Below the pieces are notes generated by a model. The model was given only the letters and a program-made list of their open reading frames with translations. It did not search any database and was not told where the DNA came from. Below are positions 21,184 through 33,179 of a DNA stretch of 64,000 nt, in pieces. The first letter of the stretch is position 1. Every line of letters starts with the position of its first letter. The translations under genes and the position numbers were made by a program. Source of the stretch: Candidatus Eiseniibacteriota bacterium (GTDB lineage Bacteria; Eisenbacteria; RBG-16-71-46; JABDJR01); contig CAWANH010000029.1 in assembly GCA_963783375.1 (NCBI GenBank), positions 576,001-640,000 on the forward strand, in the 5' to 3' direction.

Positions 21184-21723
21184 CGCTTCTGCTTCTCCCC
21201 GGCGGGATCCCCGGTTTCCATCTTCCGGATGTGATCGCGGATCTCCGCCGCGCGCTCGTATTCCTCGTCCGCCACCGCCCGCTCCAGGTCCTCGGTGAGG
21301 CGGCGGAGGCGCGCCCCCTGCTCGTAGGCCGCGCCTTCGCGCCGGGGCCGCTTCCCCTTGTGGCGAATCGAACCCTGGATGCGCCGGAACATCGGGGTCA
21401 GCTCCTCGGCGAACGTCTCGTAGCACCGGTGGCAGCCGAGCCGGCCGGTCTCCCGGAATCGGGCGTAGGTGAGCCCGCACCCCGCGCAGACCGCTCCGCT
21501 TCCCCGGGTCTCCCCGATGCTCTTCATGAGCACCGAGAGGGGGTCGGCGGAAGACCCCTCCGGCGTCGCCGATCCCGGGCTCCACGCCCTCGATCTGGGC
21601 GCAGGAGAGGCAGAGGTGGCGCTCCACCTCCTCCTCGTCGGTCACCCGGCGCACCCGCACGGAGGCGGGCTCGGCGCCGCAGCGTTCGCAGGTCTGGGGG
21701 TCGGTTTCCGGGTTCTCGCTCAT
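21180..21723 (-). CDS. mcsA: McsA activator (CxxC and UVR domain), apparent frameshift near 21555-21558
   Basis: CERC...HLCLSCA in one frame; CAGCG...GRLGCHRCY..F...HKGK.P...EEYERAAEIRD in the next. Deleting one base in the run joins them. Confidence 0.9.
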
Positions 21724-21762
21724 AAGTCGTTTCCGGGCCCGCGCATGGCGCGCCCACTACGG

Positions 21763-22479
21763 TTATCGGCCGGTCTGCCCGGCGGTTGCGGCTCTATCGG
21801 GATAGAGCTTTCCACCCTCCAAACGGTACACCTCATCGGCCCGGGCGGCCAGTCGCTCGTCATGGGTGGCCACGAGGGTGGTCTGGCCGCGTTCGTGGAC
21901 CAGGTGAGCCAGAAGGGCGTGGAGGTCCTCGCTGCTCGTCCGATCCAGGTTTCCGGAGGGTTCATCCGCGAGGAGGAGGGCCGGCCGGTTTATCAGAGCC
22001 CGCGCCACCGCCACCCGCTGCTGCTCCCCTCCGGACAGCTCCCCGGGCCGATGGCTGCTCCTTCCCGCCAGACCGACATTTTCCAACAGTTTAGCCGCTT
22101 CGCTTGCCACTTCATACCGCTTCCGCCCCGCGATCAGTCCCGGCATCATCACGTTTTCCAGGGCGGTGAATTCCGGCAGGAGGTGGTGGAACTGGAACAC
22201 GAATCCAATCGAGCGATTCCGGAATCGCGCCCGATCCCCCGAGGACGTGGCGAACACGTTCCGCCCCTCGAAGAGCACGGTGCCGGCGGTCGGGCGGTCC
22301 AGGGTGCCCAGAACGTGCAGGAGGGTGCTCTTCCCCGAGCCGGAGGCCCCGATGATCGCGGTCAGGGTCCGCGGCCGCGGGGTGAAGTCCAGGTTCTCGA
22401 GCACCACGAGGTCACCCCCCGGCGAGGGATAGACCTTGCCGAGGCCGCGGACCTCGAGGAGGGTCCCCGACGCGTTCAT
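21763..22479 (-). CDS. lolD: Lipoprotein-releasing ABC transporter ATPase
   Basis: Motifs GASGSGKST, IGFVFQFHHLLPEF, LSGGEQQR and ADEPSGNLD. Confidence 0.92.
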   Translation of the reverse strand: MNASGTLLEVRGLGKVYPSPGGDLVVLENLDFTPRPRTLTAIIGASGSGKSTLLHVLGTLDRPTAGTVLFEGRNVFATSSGDRARFRNRSIGFVFQFHHLLPEFTALENVMMPGLIAGRKRYEVASEAAKLLENVGLAGRSSHRPGELSGGEQQRVAVARALINRPALLLADEPSGNLDRTSSEDLHALLAHLVHERGQTTLVATHDERLAARADEVYRLEGGKLYPDRAATAGQTGR

Positions 22480-22521
22480 CGATCCGCCTTTCCGGGCGCG
22501 CGCCCCGCCCCGGCGGTTCCC

Positions 22522-23751
22522 TCACGCCTCACGGATGGTCTCCACCGGATCCAGCCGGGCCGCCTTCCACGCCGGGTACAGGGTGGCCAGCGTGCTGATC
22601 ACGAACACCGTCGCGCACACCGTGAGCACGTCCGCCCCCTCCAGCCGCACCGGCAGGGTGCTCAGGAAGTAGACGTCGGGGGGAAGGTGCATGGGATAGC
22701 GGTCCAGCAGCCATGCCCCCCCGAGCCCGAGCAGGAGGCCGAGACCGATGCCCAGCACCCCGATCTCCATTCCGTTGGCCATGAAGATGCGGAGGATCTC
22801 CCCGTCGGTGGCACCCATGGACTTGAGGACCCCGATCTCCCTCCGTTTCTCCATCACCATCATGATGAGCACCCCCACTATGTTGAAGGCGGCCACCAGC
22901 ACGATCAGGAGAAGGATCACGCTCATCCCCGCCTTCTCCAGCTTCATCCAGACGAACAGGTTCTCGTTGAGTTCGATCCAGGTATTGATGCGATAGGGAT
23001 AGCCGCCCAGGGCCCGAAGCACCTCGGTCTTGAGCCGCTCCGCCTGGAAGCTGTCCCGGATCTTCACTTCGATCCCGGTGGCCCCGGACCCCAGTCCATA
23101 GAAACGTTGGGCCTCGGCCAGGGAGATGAAGGCCAGGGAGGAATCGTACTCGTAGAGTCCCGAGCTGAAGATCCCCCCTACCCGGTACTTGCGGAACTTG
23201 GGAACGAACCCCAGGGGGGAGGCCGAGCCCTGGAACGGCCCGCTCAAGAGCACCTCGTCCCCTTCCGAGGCGCGGAGGCGGTCGGCCAGGTTCCGGCCCA
23301 GGATGATGAGGGGGGTCTCCCCCGGGGACACCCCGAGGGAATCGAGGGGGGGACTGACGTTCCGGGCCACCGTGGTCACCGACCGCTCGGCTCGGAGATC
23401 GACCCCCTTCACGATGACCCCGTCGGAGCGGTCCCCCACCTGCACCAACCCCTTGCCGTAGACGAAGGGGGCCACCCCCTCCACCTGGGGAACCCCGGCG
23501 ATCACCGCGGCCACCGAGTCCGGCCGGGCGATGGTGTCGGTGTCGTAACGGAGAACGATCAGGGCGGCGTTGGTCCCCACGATGCGGGAGCGCACTTCCT
23601 GCTCGAACCCGTTCATCACCGAGAGCACGATGATGAGGACCGCCACCCCCAGCGCGACGCCGCCCACCGAGATCCAGGTGATGAGGGAGATGAAGCCGGT
23701 GCGCTTCTTGGAGCGGAGGTACCGGTCGGCGACGAAGACCTCGAAGCGCAT
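22522..23751 (-). CDS. lolC: Lipoprotein-releasing ABC transporter permease LolC/E
   Basis: Motifs RYLRSKK..FISLI, VLSVMNGF, VAAFNI, EIGVLKSMGA and TLYPAWKAARLDP. Confidence 0.92.
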   Translation of the reverse strand: MRFEVFVADRYLRSKKRTGFISLITWISVGGVALGVAVLIIVLSVMNGFEQEVRSRIVGTNAALIVLRYDTDTIARPDSVAAVIAGVPQVEGVAPFVYGKGLVQVGDRSDGVIVKGVDLRAERSVTTVARNVSPPLDSLGVSPGETPLIILGRNLADRLRASEGDEVLLSGPFQGSASPLGFVPKFRKYRVGGIFSSGLYEYDSSLAFISLAEAQRFYGLGSGATGIEVKIRDSFQAERLKTEVLRALGGYPYRINTWIELNENLFVWMKLEKAGMSVILLLIVLVAAFNIVGVLIMMVMEKRREIGVLKSMGATDGEILRIFMANGMEIGVLGIGLGLLLGLGGAWLLDRYPMHLPPDVYFLSTLPVRLEGADVLTVCATVFVISTLATLYPAWKAARLDPVETIREA

Positions 23752-23760
23752 GTCTGGAGC

Positions 23761-25290
<1,530 letters not shown>

Positions 25291-25315
25291 GTTCGGGCGT
25301 TCTCCCCGGCGAAGA

Positions 25316-26749
25316 TCAGGTCCGGACGGCGTGACGGGCCGGCGGCGACGTCACCCCCTCCACCGCGCGGCGGAGGGTCTCGTCCACCAGCCGGACCGGA
25401 TACCGGCCGGTGAAGCAGGCGTAGCAATGCTCGGAGGGGGCCTTGACCGCGGAACGGAGCCCCTCCTCGGAGAGGTAGCCCAGGCTCGCCACCCCCAGGA
25501 ACTCCCGGATCTCCTCCAGGGTGGAATTGGCGGCGATGAGCTCCCCCCGCTCCGGCGTGTCGATGCCGTAGTAGCACGGACCCACGATGGGGGGGCTGGC
25601 GATCCGGAGATGCACTTCCTTCACCCCGGCGCGCTTCAGGAGCCGGACCAGCTTGTGACTGGTGGTTCCCCGCACCACGGAGTCGTCCACCACCACCACC
25701 CGCTTCCCCTCCAGGATGGGGCGGACCGCGTTGTACTTGACCCGCACCCCCGCCTCGCGCAGGTGCTGGCCGGGGCGGATGAAGGTGCGGCCGATGTAGT
25801 GGTTCCGGATGAGGCCCAGTTCGAAGGGAAGCCCCGAGGCCTCGGAATAGCCGAGAGCGGCGGAATTGGACGAGTCGGGGACGGAGATCACGCAGTCGGC
25901 CGCGACCGGATGCTCCTCGGCCAGCCGCCGCCCGAGGCGCCGCCGCACCCGATCCACCGGCTCGCCGAAGATCACGCTGTCCGGCCGAGAGAAATAGATG
26001 AGCTCGAACACGCACTTGTGGAGCGGGGTGGCGGGGAGCCGGCCGACGGTGCGAAGCCCCCGCTCGTCCAGGGCCACCACCTCCCCCGGTTCCACCTCCC
26101 GTACGAACTCCGCCTCCACGATGTCCAGGGCGCAGGTTTCGGAGGCCACGATCCACCCTCCGCGGAGCCGCCCCACCGCCAGGGGGCGGAACCCGTGGCT
26201 GTCCCGGGCGGCGTAGACCGCCTCGGGGGTGAGAACGGTGATGGAGAACGCCCCCTCCACCTGGTGAAGCGCTCCCATGAGCCGCCCCTCGAAGCTCGCC
26301 GCCCGCGAGGACGCGATGAGGTGCACCATGACCTCGCTGTCCGAGGTGGTCTGGAAGATGGATCCGCCCTCTTCCATCCCCCGCCGGAGCGTCGCCGCGT
26401 TCACGATCTGGCCGTTGTGGGCCATGGCGAGGTCCCCGCCGTGGTAGGTGACCCAGATGGGTTGGGCGTTGCGAAGGCTCGAGGATCCCTTGGTGGAGTA
26501 GCGGTTGTGGCCGATGCCGTTCGGGCCGGGGAGACGGGCCAGGACGTCGTCGTCGAACACGTCGGAAACCAGCCCCATCGCCTTGTGGTGATGGAACCGT
26601 CCTTCCTCGGAGGTCACGATCCCGCTCGACTCCTGCCCGCGGTGCTGGAGCGCGTATAGGGCCAGGTAGGCCGCCTCAGCCGCCCGGGGAACCCCGTAGA
26701 CCCCCACCACCCCGCATTCGTCGTGCAGATGATCCTCGCTGTCCAACAC
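25316..26749 (-). CDS. purF: Amidophosphoribosyltransferase
   Basis: Propeptide followed by ECGVVG, LQHRGQE, GHNRYST, VVVDDSVVRGTT and the Fe-S Cys motif CYACF. Confidence 0.97.
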   Translation of the reverse strand: MLDSEDHLHDECGVVGVYGVPRAAEAAYLALYALQHRGQESSGIVTSEEGRFHHHKAMGLVSDVFDDDVLARLPGPNGIGHNRYSTKGSSSLRNAQPIWVTYHGGDLAMAHNGQIVNAATLRRGMEEGGSIFQTTSDSEVMVHLIASSRAASFEGRLMGALHQVEGAFSITVLTPEAVYAARDSHGFRPLAVGRLRGGWIVASETCALDIVEAEFVREVEPGEVVALDERGLRTVGRLPATPLHKCVFELIYFSRPDSVIFGEPVDRVRRRLGRRLAEEHPVAADCVISVPDSSNSAALGYSEASGLPFELGLIRNHYIGRTFIRPGQHLREAGVRVKYNAVRPILEGKRVVVVDDSVVRGTTSHKLVRLLKRAGVKEVHLRIASPPIVGPCYYGIDTPERGELIAANSTLEEIREFLGVASLGYLSEEGLRSAVKAPSEHCYACFTGRYPVRLVDETLRRAVEGVTSPPARHAVRT

Positions 26750-26869
26750 GTCGTTCCTTTCCGGTAGGTCGGCTGCACGCCCCTCGGGGCCATAGCGGAC
26801 GGCCCGATAGGGCGACTCTTCCGATCGTTTGGGTTCGCCCCGCCCGGCCCCGGCGGGAAGCGTACGATT

Positions 26870-27439
26870 CTACCCGACCCGCTCCCGCCCTGTCGTCCCC
26901 AAGAGCGCGCGCGCGATCTCCGCGGCGGTGGGGGGCGCGCGGAACACCGTCGCGTCCTCCAGGTGGGGATTGGCCAGGAGGCCCTGCTTGCGCTCCCGGG
27001 TCACCGCGATTTCCGCGGCCAGATCCGCCGCCTCCTCCCCCTCCACCCCCAACGACAGCTCCCACAGAACCGCGCGGCGGGTGGCCGGAGGCGCCCCCTC
27101 CACCAGGCGGTGGCGGGCCAGGGTCGTCTCGAGGTCCTCACCCTCGCCGGGAACCGCGACCATCACCCAGACGTTCCCCCGGGGTTCGAGCGCCTCGTCT
27201 CCCACCGCGATCTCGAGACGGTGCTTGTTGGGGTTCAGGATCAGGTTGGTCTCGCGCGCCAGGCGGGCGAGCACCCCGCGGGCATCGGATTCGGCGTCCC
27301 AGCGGAAGCACCAGACTTCCGAACGCGCCACCTCCTCGACCTTCCGCCCGTAGGCCAGCGCCCGCTGCAGGGTCTCGCGGGCGGTGAGGGCGGTGGGATC
27401 GCCCACCTTGAGCCACAGTCGCACCACCGCGTCGGTCAT
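26870..27439 (-). CDS. PurS-like protein with two tandem PurS-type halves
   Basis: 189 aa between purQ and purF with an ATGA overlap. Each half ends in an L-x-N-P motif (LILNPNKH, LLANPHLE) like the PurS LLAN motif; LKVGDP near the N-terminus. Confidence 0.65.
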   Translation of the reverse strand: MTDAVVRLWLKVGDPTALTARETLQRALAYGRKVEEVARSEVWCFRWDAESDARGVLARLARETNLILNPNKHRLEIAVGDEALEPRGNVWVMVAVPGEGEDLETTLARHRLVEGAPPATRRAVLWELSLGVEGEEAADLAAEIAVTRERKQGLLANPHLEDATVFRAPPTAAEIARALLGTTGRERVG

Positions 27440-28302
27440 GACCGCTCCTCCCTCCGTCCCCAGCGCAGATAGTCGGAAAGGGACTGGAACACCCGGAACC
27501 CGGGACCGGGCCCTTCCAGCGCATCCCGGCGGCGGGCGGCCTCGATCCGCTTCTCCCCCCACGGCCCCGGGATCGACTCCGGCACCTGGCGGAGCCAGGC
27601 CGCCCGTTCGGGGTGGGGCATGAAGGCGAGCACGTTCCCCGCCGGGTTGGTCACCCCCGCCGCGCCCAGGAGCGAGCCGTTGGGGTTCAGGGGGAACGGC
27701 GGGTCCTCGTCTCCGTCCGGGCTCACGTAACGGAGCGGCACCTGCCCCGCCTCGGCCCAGATCCGGAACTGCTCGGGATCCCGCACGGTGAACCTCCCCT
27801 GGGCGTGGGCCAGGGGAACCGGGAACACCTCCCCCTCCTCGAACCGCGAGGTGAACGCGGTCTCCCGCCCCTCCTTGGTCACCCGCACGTGGACCCAGCC
27901 GCAGTAGTAGCCCTTCCAGCCGGCGGCGTTGGCCCCGAGGGCCATCTCCACCCGGCCCGGGCTCCCGCCGGGCACGAGCCCGGCCTCCACCAACACCTGG
28001 GCGCCGTTACAGATGCCCAGGACCGGCTTCCCCGCCTCGGCCGCCCGGGCCACCACGTCCAGGGCCGGCGCCTTGGCCGCCACCGCCCCCGCCCGGATAC
28101 GGTCCTCGTAGGAGAACCCCCCGGGCAGCACGTAGGCGTCGAAGGACTCGAGGTCGGCGGAGGGACGATTCCAGCGGAAGATCTCGGCGGTGAGTTCGGC
28201 GCGGGCCAGGGCGGCGCGGGTCTCGTGCTCGCAGTTCACGCCCGGAAGCTGGAGCACCGCCACCCGAGGCCACGGCGCTTCGCGGAGATGAGGCGTGCTC
28301 AT
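27436..28302 (-). CDS. purQ: Phosphoribosylformylglycinamidine synthase subunit PurQ
   Basis: Motifs PGVNCE, LPGGFSYED, LGICNGAQ, NPNGS and MPHPER. Confidence 0.95.
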   Translation of the reverse strand: MSTPHLREAPWPRVAVLQLPGVNCEHETRAALARAELTAEIFRWNRPSADLESFDAYVLPGGFSYEDRIRAGAVAAKAPALDVVARAAEAGKPVLGICNGAQVLVEAGLVPGGSPGRVEMALGANAAGWKGYYCGWVHVRVTKEGRETAFTSRFEEGEVFPVPLAHAQGRFTVRDPEQFRIWAEAGQVPLRYVSPDGDEDPPFPLNPNGSLLGAAGVTNPAGNVLAFMPHPERAAWLRQVPESIPGPWGEKRIEAARRRDALEGPGPGFRVFQSLSDYLRWGRREERS

Positions 28303-30644
28303 CGTAGCGCCTCCCCCAGCGCGCCGCGCCAGCGCGGCTCCAGACGCGCCAGGTCGAGCGCCATGACCGTGTCTCCGTCCCGGGTCACCGTGAGCTCGCG
28401 CCCCCGTTCGACCCGTCCCACCCGTTCCATACCCGCCCCGTGTTCGGCGGCGAGCGCCGTCACCGCGGCCACGTCGTCCTCGGCGATCTCCACCAGGAAC
28501 CCTCCGGTCTCGCTCAGGAGATACTCGTCGAAGCGGAGTCCCCCCGGCCGTTCGGGGAGATCGAGTCGCGCCCCGCACCGGCCGGCCAGGGCCATCTCCG
28601 CCGCCGCCACCACCAGCCCTCCTTCGGAAACGTCGTGGCAGGCCCGGATGAGCCCCCGATCGATGCCCGCCACCACCGCGGCGATCTCGGCCCGCACCGC
28701 GGCGAAGTCCACCCGCGGAGGGGTCCCTCCCGCGATCCCCAGCCGGCGCCAGTAGGCGGATCCCCCCAGCTCCCGTTTCCTCGGACCGATCAGGTGGAGC
28801 ACGTCGCCCTCCTCCTCCAGCGCGGGGGTGATCGCGCGGGAGTAGTCGGCGAGCACGCCGAAACAGGCCACGATGGGCGAGGGCGGGATGGACCGCCCGG
28901 TCGACGACTGGTTGTAGAAGGACACGTTCCCGCTCACGATGGGGACCGGGATCCCTTCCTCCCCCATCATCCCGATCTCCCGCGCCGCGTCCCCCACCCC
29001 GCGTACTCCCTGCACGAACTGTCGGAAGACCTCGGGGTCCTCGGGATTCCCGTAGTTCAGACAGTCGGTGAGGCACCAGGGGACCGCTCCCACTGCGGCC
29101 ACGTTCCGCATGGATTCGGCCACCGCGTTCGCCCCGCCCTGGTAGGGATCGAGGGTGCCGTAGAACGGGTTTCCGTCCACGCTCACCGCCAACCCGGTGG
29201 GGCTTCCCTCCACCGGCACCAGCACCGAGGCGTCGGCCTCGCCGGGTCGGATCACCGCCCGGCCCCCCACCTCGGTGTCGTAGTGGCGGTAGATCGCCTC
29301 GCGGGAGGCCAGGTCGATCCCCCCGAGGAGCGCGCCCACGATCTCCCCCAGGTCGGCGGGAAGAAGCGGTTGGGGATCGGGGGCGAAGGCGGCCGCCGGG
29401 GCCGCCGGCCGCTCGTAGCGGATCCCCTCGGTGATGGTCTCCACCGGCACGGTGCAGACCTCGTCGCCCTCGTGGGTCACCCGGTAGAGGGTGTCCTCGG
29501 CGCGCACCCGGCCCACCACCTGGGCCCGCGCCCCCGGATAGAGGTGGGGAAGCTCGTAGTCCACGTTGTAGATCTGAAGCACCCGCTGGGCCCAGGCCGC
29601 GGGCACCACCCAGGCGTAGCGTTCCTGGGTCTCGGAGCAGGCCAGGACTTCGGGCGGGAAGGGGCCCCCGTCCTGGGCGGCGGCGCCGAGCTCGATGTCC
29701 GCCCCGAATCCTCCCGCCGCGGCAAGCTCGCTGGTGGCGCAGGCGATTCCGCCCGCCCCGAGATCCTTGAATCCCACCGCGAACCCCTCGGCCCGGGCCA
29801 GCTCCAGCACCCGCCGGTTGGCCTCGGTGAGGACGCGCTTCAGGAACGGGTCGGGCACCTGGACCGCTCCCTTGTTGCTCTCCCCTTCGCCCTCGTCCAG
29901 GACCGCCGAGGCGAAGGCCGCGCCGCCGAAGCCCGATGCGTCGGTGGGCTTCCCCGCCAGGACGAACACGTAGGGTTCGTTCCGCGCCGCCTCGGGGACG
30001 CGGCTCCGGACCAGCCACTGCTCCGGCACCACCCCCACCGCCACCACGTTCACCAGGCAGTTCTCCTCGAAACCGGGATCGAAGGCCACGTCGCCCCCGA
30101 GGTTGGCCACCCCGAGCGCGTTGGCGTAGTGCCAGATCCCATCCACCACCCCGGCCGCGATCTCCCGGGATCGTTCCCCGCGCGAACCGAGGGGCACGCC
30201 GAAGCGCAGGGCGTCGAGCACCCCGATCACCTCCGCGCCCATGCAGTAGATGTCGCGGACGATCCCGCCGATCCCGGTGGCCGCCCCCTCGAAGGGGAGA
30301 ACCTGAGACGGATGGTTGTGGCTTTCGTGTCCCACCACCAGCGCCCAGCGCTCCCCCTTGTGGGTGGTGAGGTACACCACCCCGGCGTCTTCGCCGGGAC
30401 CGAGGATGACGTGAGGGGCCTCGGAGGAAAGGAACGCCTTCAGGCTCGCCCGGCTCGACTTGTAGGAGCAGTGCTCGCTCCACAGGGTGTCGAAGAGGAC
30501 CGCCTCCACCCGGGTCGGGTCCCGTCCGATGAGGGCGGCCACCCGGCGCGCCTCGGAGGGGGCCAGGCGCAAGCCCTCGGCGCGGAGAAGGGATCCCAGG
30601 GCGGCTTCCTCGCCGCCGCCGAACGGCACGCTGGGGCTCTTCAC
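28299..30644 (-). CDS. purL: Phosphoribosylformylglycinamidine synthase subunit PurL (small type)
   Basis: Motifs WSEHCSYKSS, ESHNHPS, GAATGIGGIVRDI, DLGAGG, SETQER, TDCLNYGNPE and SGNVSFYN. Confidence 0.97.
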   Translation of the reverse strand: MKSPSVPFGGGEEAALGSLLRAEGLRLAPSEARRVAALIGRDPTRVEAVLFDTLWSEHCSYKSSRASLKAFLSSEAPHVILGPGEDAGVVYLTTHKGERWALVVGHESHNHPSQVLPFEGAATGIGGIVRDIYCMGAEVIGVLDALRFGVPLGSRGERSREIAAGVVDGIWHYANALGVANLGGDVAFDPGFEENCLVNVVAVGVVPEQWLVRSRVPEAARNEPYVFVLAGKPTDASGFGGAAFASAVLDEGEGESNKGAVQVPDPFLKRVLTEANRRVLELARAEGFAVGFKDLGAGGIACATSELAAAGGFGADIELGAAAQDGGPFPPEVLACSETQERYAWVVPAAWAQRVLQIYNVDYELPHLYPGARAQVVGRVRAEDTLYRVTHEGDEVCTVPVETITEGIRYERPAAPAAAFAPDPQPLLPADLGEIVGALLGGIDLASREAIYRHYDTEVGGRAVIRPGEADASVLVPVEGSPTGLAVSVDGNPFYGTLDPYQGGANAVAESMRNVAAVGAVPWCLTDCLNYGNPEDPEVFRQFVQGVRGVGDAAREIGMMGEEGIPVPIVSGNVSFYNQSSTGRSIPPSPIVACFGVLADYSRAITPALEEEGDVLHLIGPRKRELGGSAYWRRLGIAGGTPPRVDFAAVRAEIAAVVAGIDRGLIRACHDVSEGGLVVAAAEMALAGRCGARLDLPERPGGLRFDEYLLSETGGFLVEIAEDDVAAVTALAAEHGAGMERVGRVERGRELTVTRDGDTVMALDLARLEPRWRGALGEALR

Positions 30645-31948
30645 GCCTCGCCCTCCTCGAGCACCCGCTCGAAAATCCGGTCCACGTTACGCAGGTTGTA
30701 GTCGAGGTCGAACGCCGCCTCGATCTCCGCGGGGTCGAGCGCCTTGGACACCCGGGCATCCCGCCGCACCCGCTCGCGGAAGGTGGCTCCGCCCTCCTCC
30801 CAGGCGGCCAGGGCGATCTCCTGCACCAGGGCGTAGGCCGCCTCGCGGCGAAGGCCGGCCCGGGTGAGCCCGAGGAGGAGCCGCTGGGAGAACACCAGGC
30901 CGCCGGTCCGTTCGAGGTTCCGCATCATGTTCCCGGGATAGACCACCAACCCCTCCATCACCCGGGTGAAGATCGCGAGCTGGTAGTCCACCAGGATGAA
31001 GGAGTCGGGGAAGATCACCCGTTCCACCGAGGAATGGCTGATGTCCCGCTCGTGCCAGAGGGCCACGTTCTCCAGGGCGGCCACCGCGTTCCCGCGCACC
31101 ACCCGGGCCAGTCCGGACACCCGCTCGCAGACGATCGGGTTCCGCTTGTGGGGCATTGCGCTCGATCCCTTCTGCCCCCTGGTGAACGGCTCCTCCACCT
31201 CCAGGATCTCGGTGCGCTGGAGGCTCCGGATCTCGGTGGCGAACTTCTCCAGGCTGGCCGAGAGGTTGGCCAGGGCGAGGATCATGGCCGCGTGACGATC
31301 GCGCTGGAGGATCTGGGTGGAGACCGGGGCCGGGGTCAGCCCCAGCCGGTGGCAGACGTACTCCTCCACCTGCGGATCGAGGTGGCTGAAGGTCCCCACC
31401 GCGCCGGAGATCTTTCCGGCGGAGATCCCCGCCGCCGCGGCCAGGAGCCGCTCCTCCTGGCGCTGGATCTCCGTGTACCACCCCAGGAGCTTGAGCCCGA
31501 AGGTGGTGGGTTCGGCGTGGATCCCGTGGCTCCGGCCGATCATGGGGGTTCGCCGGTGGGCCATGGCCTGTCGCTTGACCGCCGCGGCGAGCCCTCGGAG
31601 GCCTTCCCGCACCACCATGGCCGCGCGCCGGGTGGTCAGCGCCATCGCGGTGTCCAGGAGATCCGAGGAGGTCATTCCGAAGTGCAGGTGCCGGCTCTCG
31701 TCTCCCAGGTGCTCGGACACCGAGGTGAGGAATGCGATCACGTCGTGCTTCACCACCGCCTCGAGTTCGGCCACGCGGGCCGGGTCGATCACCGCCTTGG
31801 CCCGGATGGCCGCCACCGTTCCTTCGGGGGCGCTTCCGTAACGCTCGAGAGCCTCCACCACCGCCAGCTCCACCTCGAGCCACGTCCGAAGCTTTGCCTC
31901 TTCGGACCACAATCCCGCCATTTCCGGGCGGCTGTAGCGTTCGATCAT
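30641..31948 (-). CDS. purB: Adenylosuccinate lyase
   Basis: Motifs [37 protein letters not shown] and [12 protein letters not shown]. Confidence 0.97.
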   Translation of the reverse strand: MIERYSRPEMAGLWSEEAKLRTWLEVELAVVEALERYGSAPEGTVAAIRAKAVIDPARVAELEAVVKHDVIAFLTSVSEHLGDESRHLHFGMTSSDLLDTAMALTTRRAAMVVREGLRGLAAAVKRQAMAHRRTPMIGRSHGIHAEPTTFGLKLLGWYTEIQRQEERLLAAAAGISAGKISGAVGTFSHLDPQVEEYVCHRLGLTPAPVSTQILQRDRHAAMILALANLSASLEKFATEIRSLQRTEILEVEEPFTRGQKGSSAMPHKRNPIVCERVSGLARVVRGNAVAALENVALWHERDISHSSVERVIFPDSFILVDYQLAIFTRVMEGLVVYPGNMMRNLERTGGLVFSQRLLLGLTRAGLRREAAYALVQEIALAAWEEGGATFRERVRRDARVSKALDPAEIEAAFDLDYNLRNVDRIFERVLEEGEA

Positions 31949-33132
31949 TGCGGGTCCTGACCTCCTTGCCGTTCGGTGGGAAGCGGCTCCAGGGTAACCG
32001 GGATGTTCAGGAGCTGTCCCCCCCGGGCCACGGTGAAGGTGATGGTGTCCCCGATCCGCGCCCCGAAGATCGTGCGCCGGGCCTCCTCCGCATCCCGCAC
32101 CTGGATCCCGTCCACCGCCCGGACCACGTCCCCGAGCTGGATGCCGGCGCGGGCGGCCGGCGAACCGGCCTCCAGGCTCCATACCACCAATCCCTGGCGG
32201 TCGGGCAGCCCGAGCTGGTTGGCCAGGGCCGGCGAGAGCTGCTGCACCGCCAGCCCGATCCAGACCCCCCGCACGTGGCCGTAGAGGATGAGCTCCTCGG
32301 CCACCGACATCGCGGTGTTGATGGGGATCGCGAAACCGATGCCGAGGGAGCCGCCCCCCTGGCTGAAGATGAAGGTGTTGATCGCGATCACCTCGCCGTC
32401 GGCATTCACCAGGGGCCCGCCCGAGTTCCCGGGGTTGATCGAGGCGTCGGTCTGGATCATGTCCTTGTAGATGGCCGATCCCTCGCTGATCTTGACGTCT
32501 CGGTGGACCGCGCTCACCACCCCCACCGTCACCGAGGGACGAGGGTCGCCCACGAAGTTGCCGAAGGGATTTCCCAGCGCCAGCGCCCATTCCCCCACCA
32601 TGAGGTCGTCGGAGTTCCCCAGGGGAGTGGTCTGGAAGACCTCGGTTCCCTGCTGCTTGACCCGGATCACCGCCAGGTCGTAGTTGGGGTCGGTCCCCAC
32701 CACCTCGCATTCGAAGACCTCGCGATTGGGAAGGGTCACCCAGATCTGGGCCGCTCTCCCCACCAGGTGGTCGTTGGTGAGGAAGAAGCCCTTGGAGTCG
32801 AGCACGATCCCCGAACCCATCCGGGGCAGGAATTGATCCTGCACACCCGGAAAATCCGGGAAGAAGCGCCGGAAGAACTCCAGGGTGCGGGGGTCGATTC
32901 CCGAAATGGTGCGGCGCTCCAGCGCGTTCACGCTCACCACGGTGGGAGCAACGCGTTCCACCGCCTGCACCAGCGCGGTACGGCGGCTGGCGCTCACCCG
33001 GTCGTCGCCGGCAGCCGGCGGCGTGGCGGGAAGCCCCGACTCCTTTCCCCCGCATCCGGCCAGGAGGAGGAACAGGAGCGGAAGCCCCCGACGGAGCGTC
33101 CCCCGGACCGTTGTCGTGGTGTTTCGTCTCAT
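31945..33132 (-). CDS. HtrA/DegP-family serine protease with PDZ domain, lipoprotein
   Basis: Lipobox LAGC; catalytic triad TNDHLV / DLAVI / GNSGG; IQTDASINPG; one PDZ domain. Confidence 0.92.
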   Translation of the reverse strand: MRRNTTTTVRGTLRRGLPLLFLLLAGCGGKESGLPATPPAAGDDRVSASRRTALVQAVERVAPTVVSVNALERRTISGIDPRTLEFFRRFFPDFPGVQDQFLPRMGSGIVLDSKGFFLTNDHLVGRAAQIWVTLPNREVFECEVVGTDPNYDLAVIRVKQQGTEVFQTTPLGNSDDLMVGEWALALGNPFGNFVGDPRPSVTVGVVSAVHRDVKISEGSAIYKDMIQTDASINPGNSGGPLVNADGEVIAINTFIFSQGGGSLGIGFAIPINTAMSVAEELILYGHVRGVWIGLAVQQLSPALANQLGLPDRQGLVVWSLEAGSPAARAGIQLGDVVRAVDGIQVRDAEEARRTIFGARIGDTITFTVARGGQLLNIPVTLEPLPTERQGGQDPQ

Positions 33133-33179
33133 GGTGTTCCTCGCATCGCATCCGCGGGCCCTCTGGAGCCCGGCGCGAC

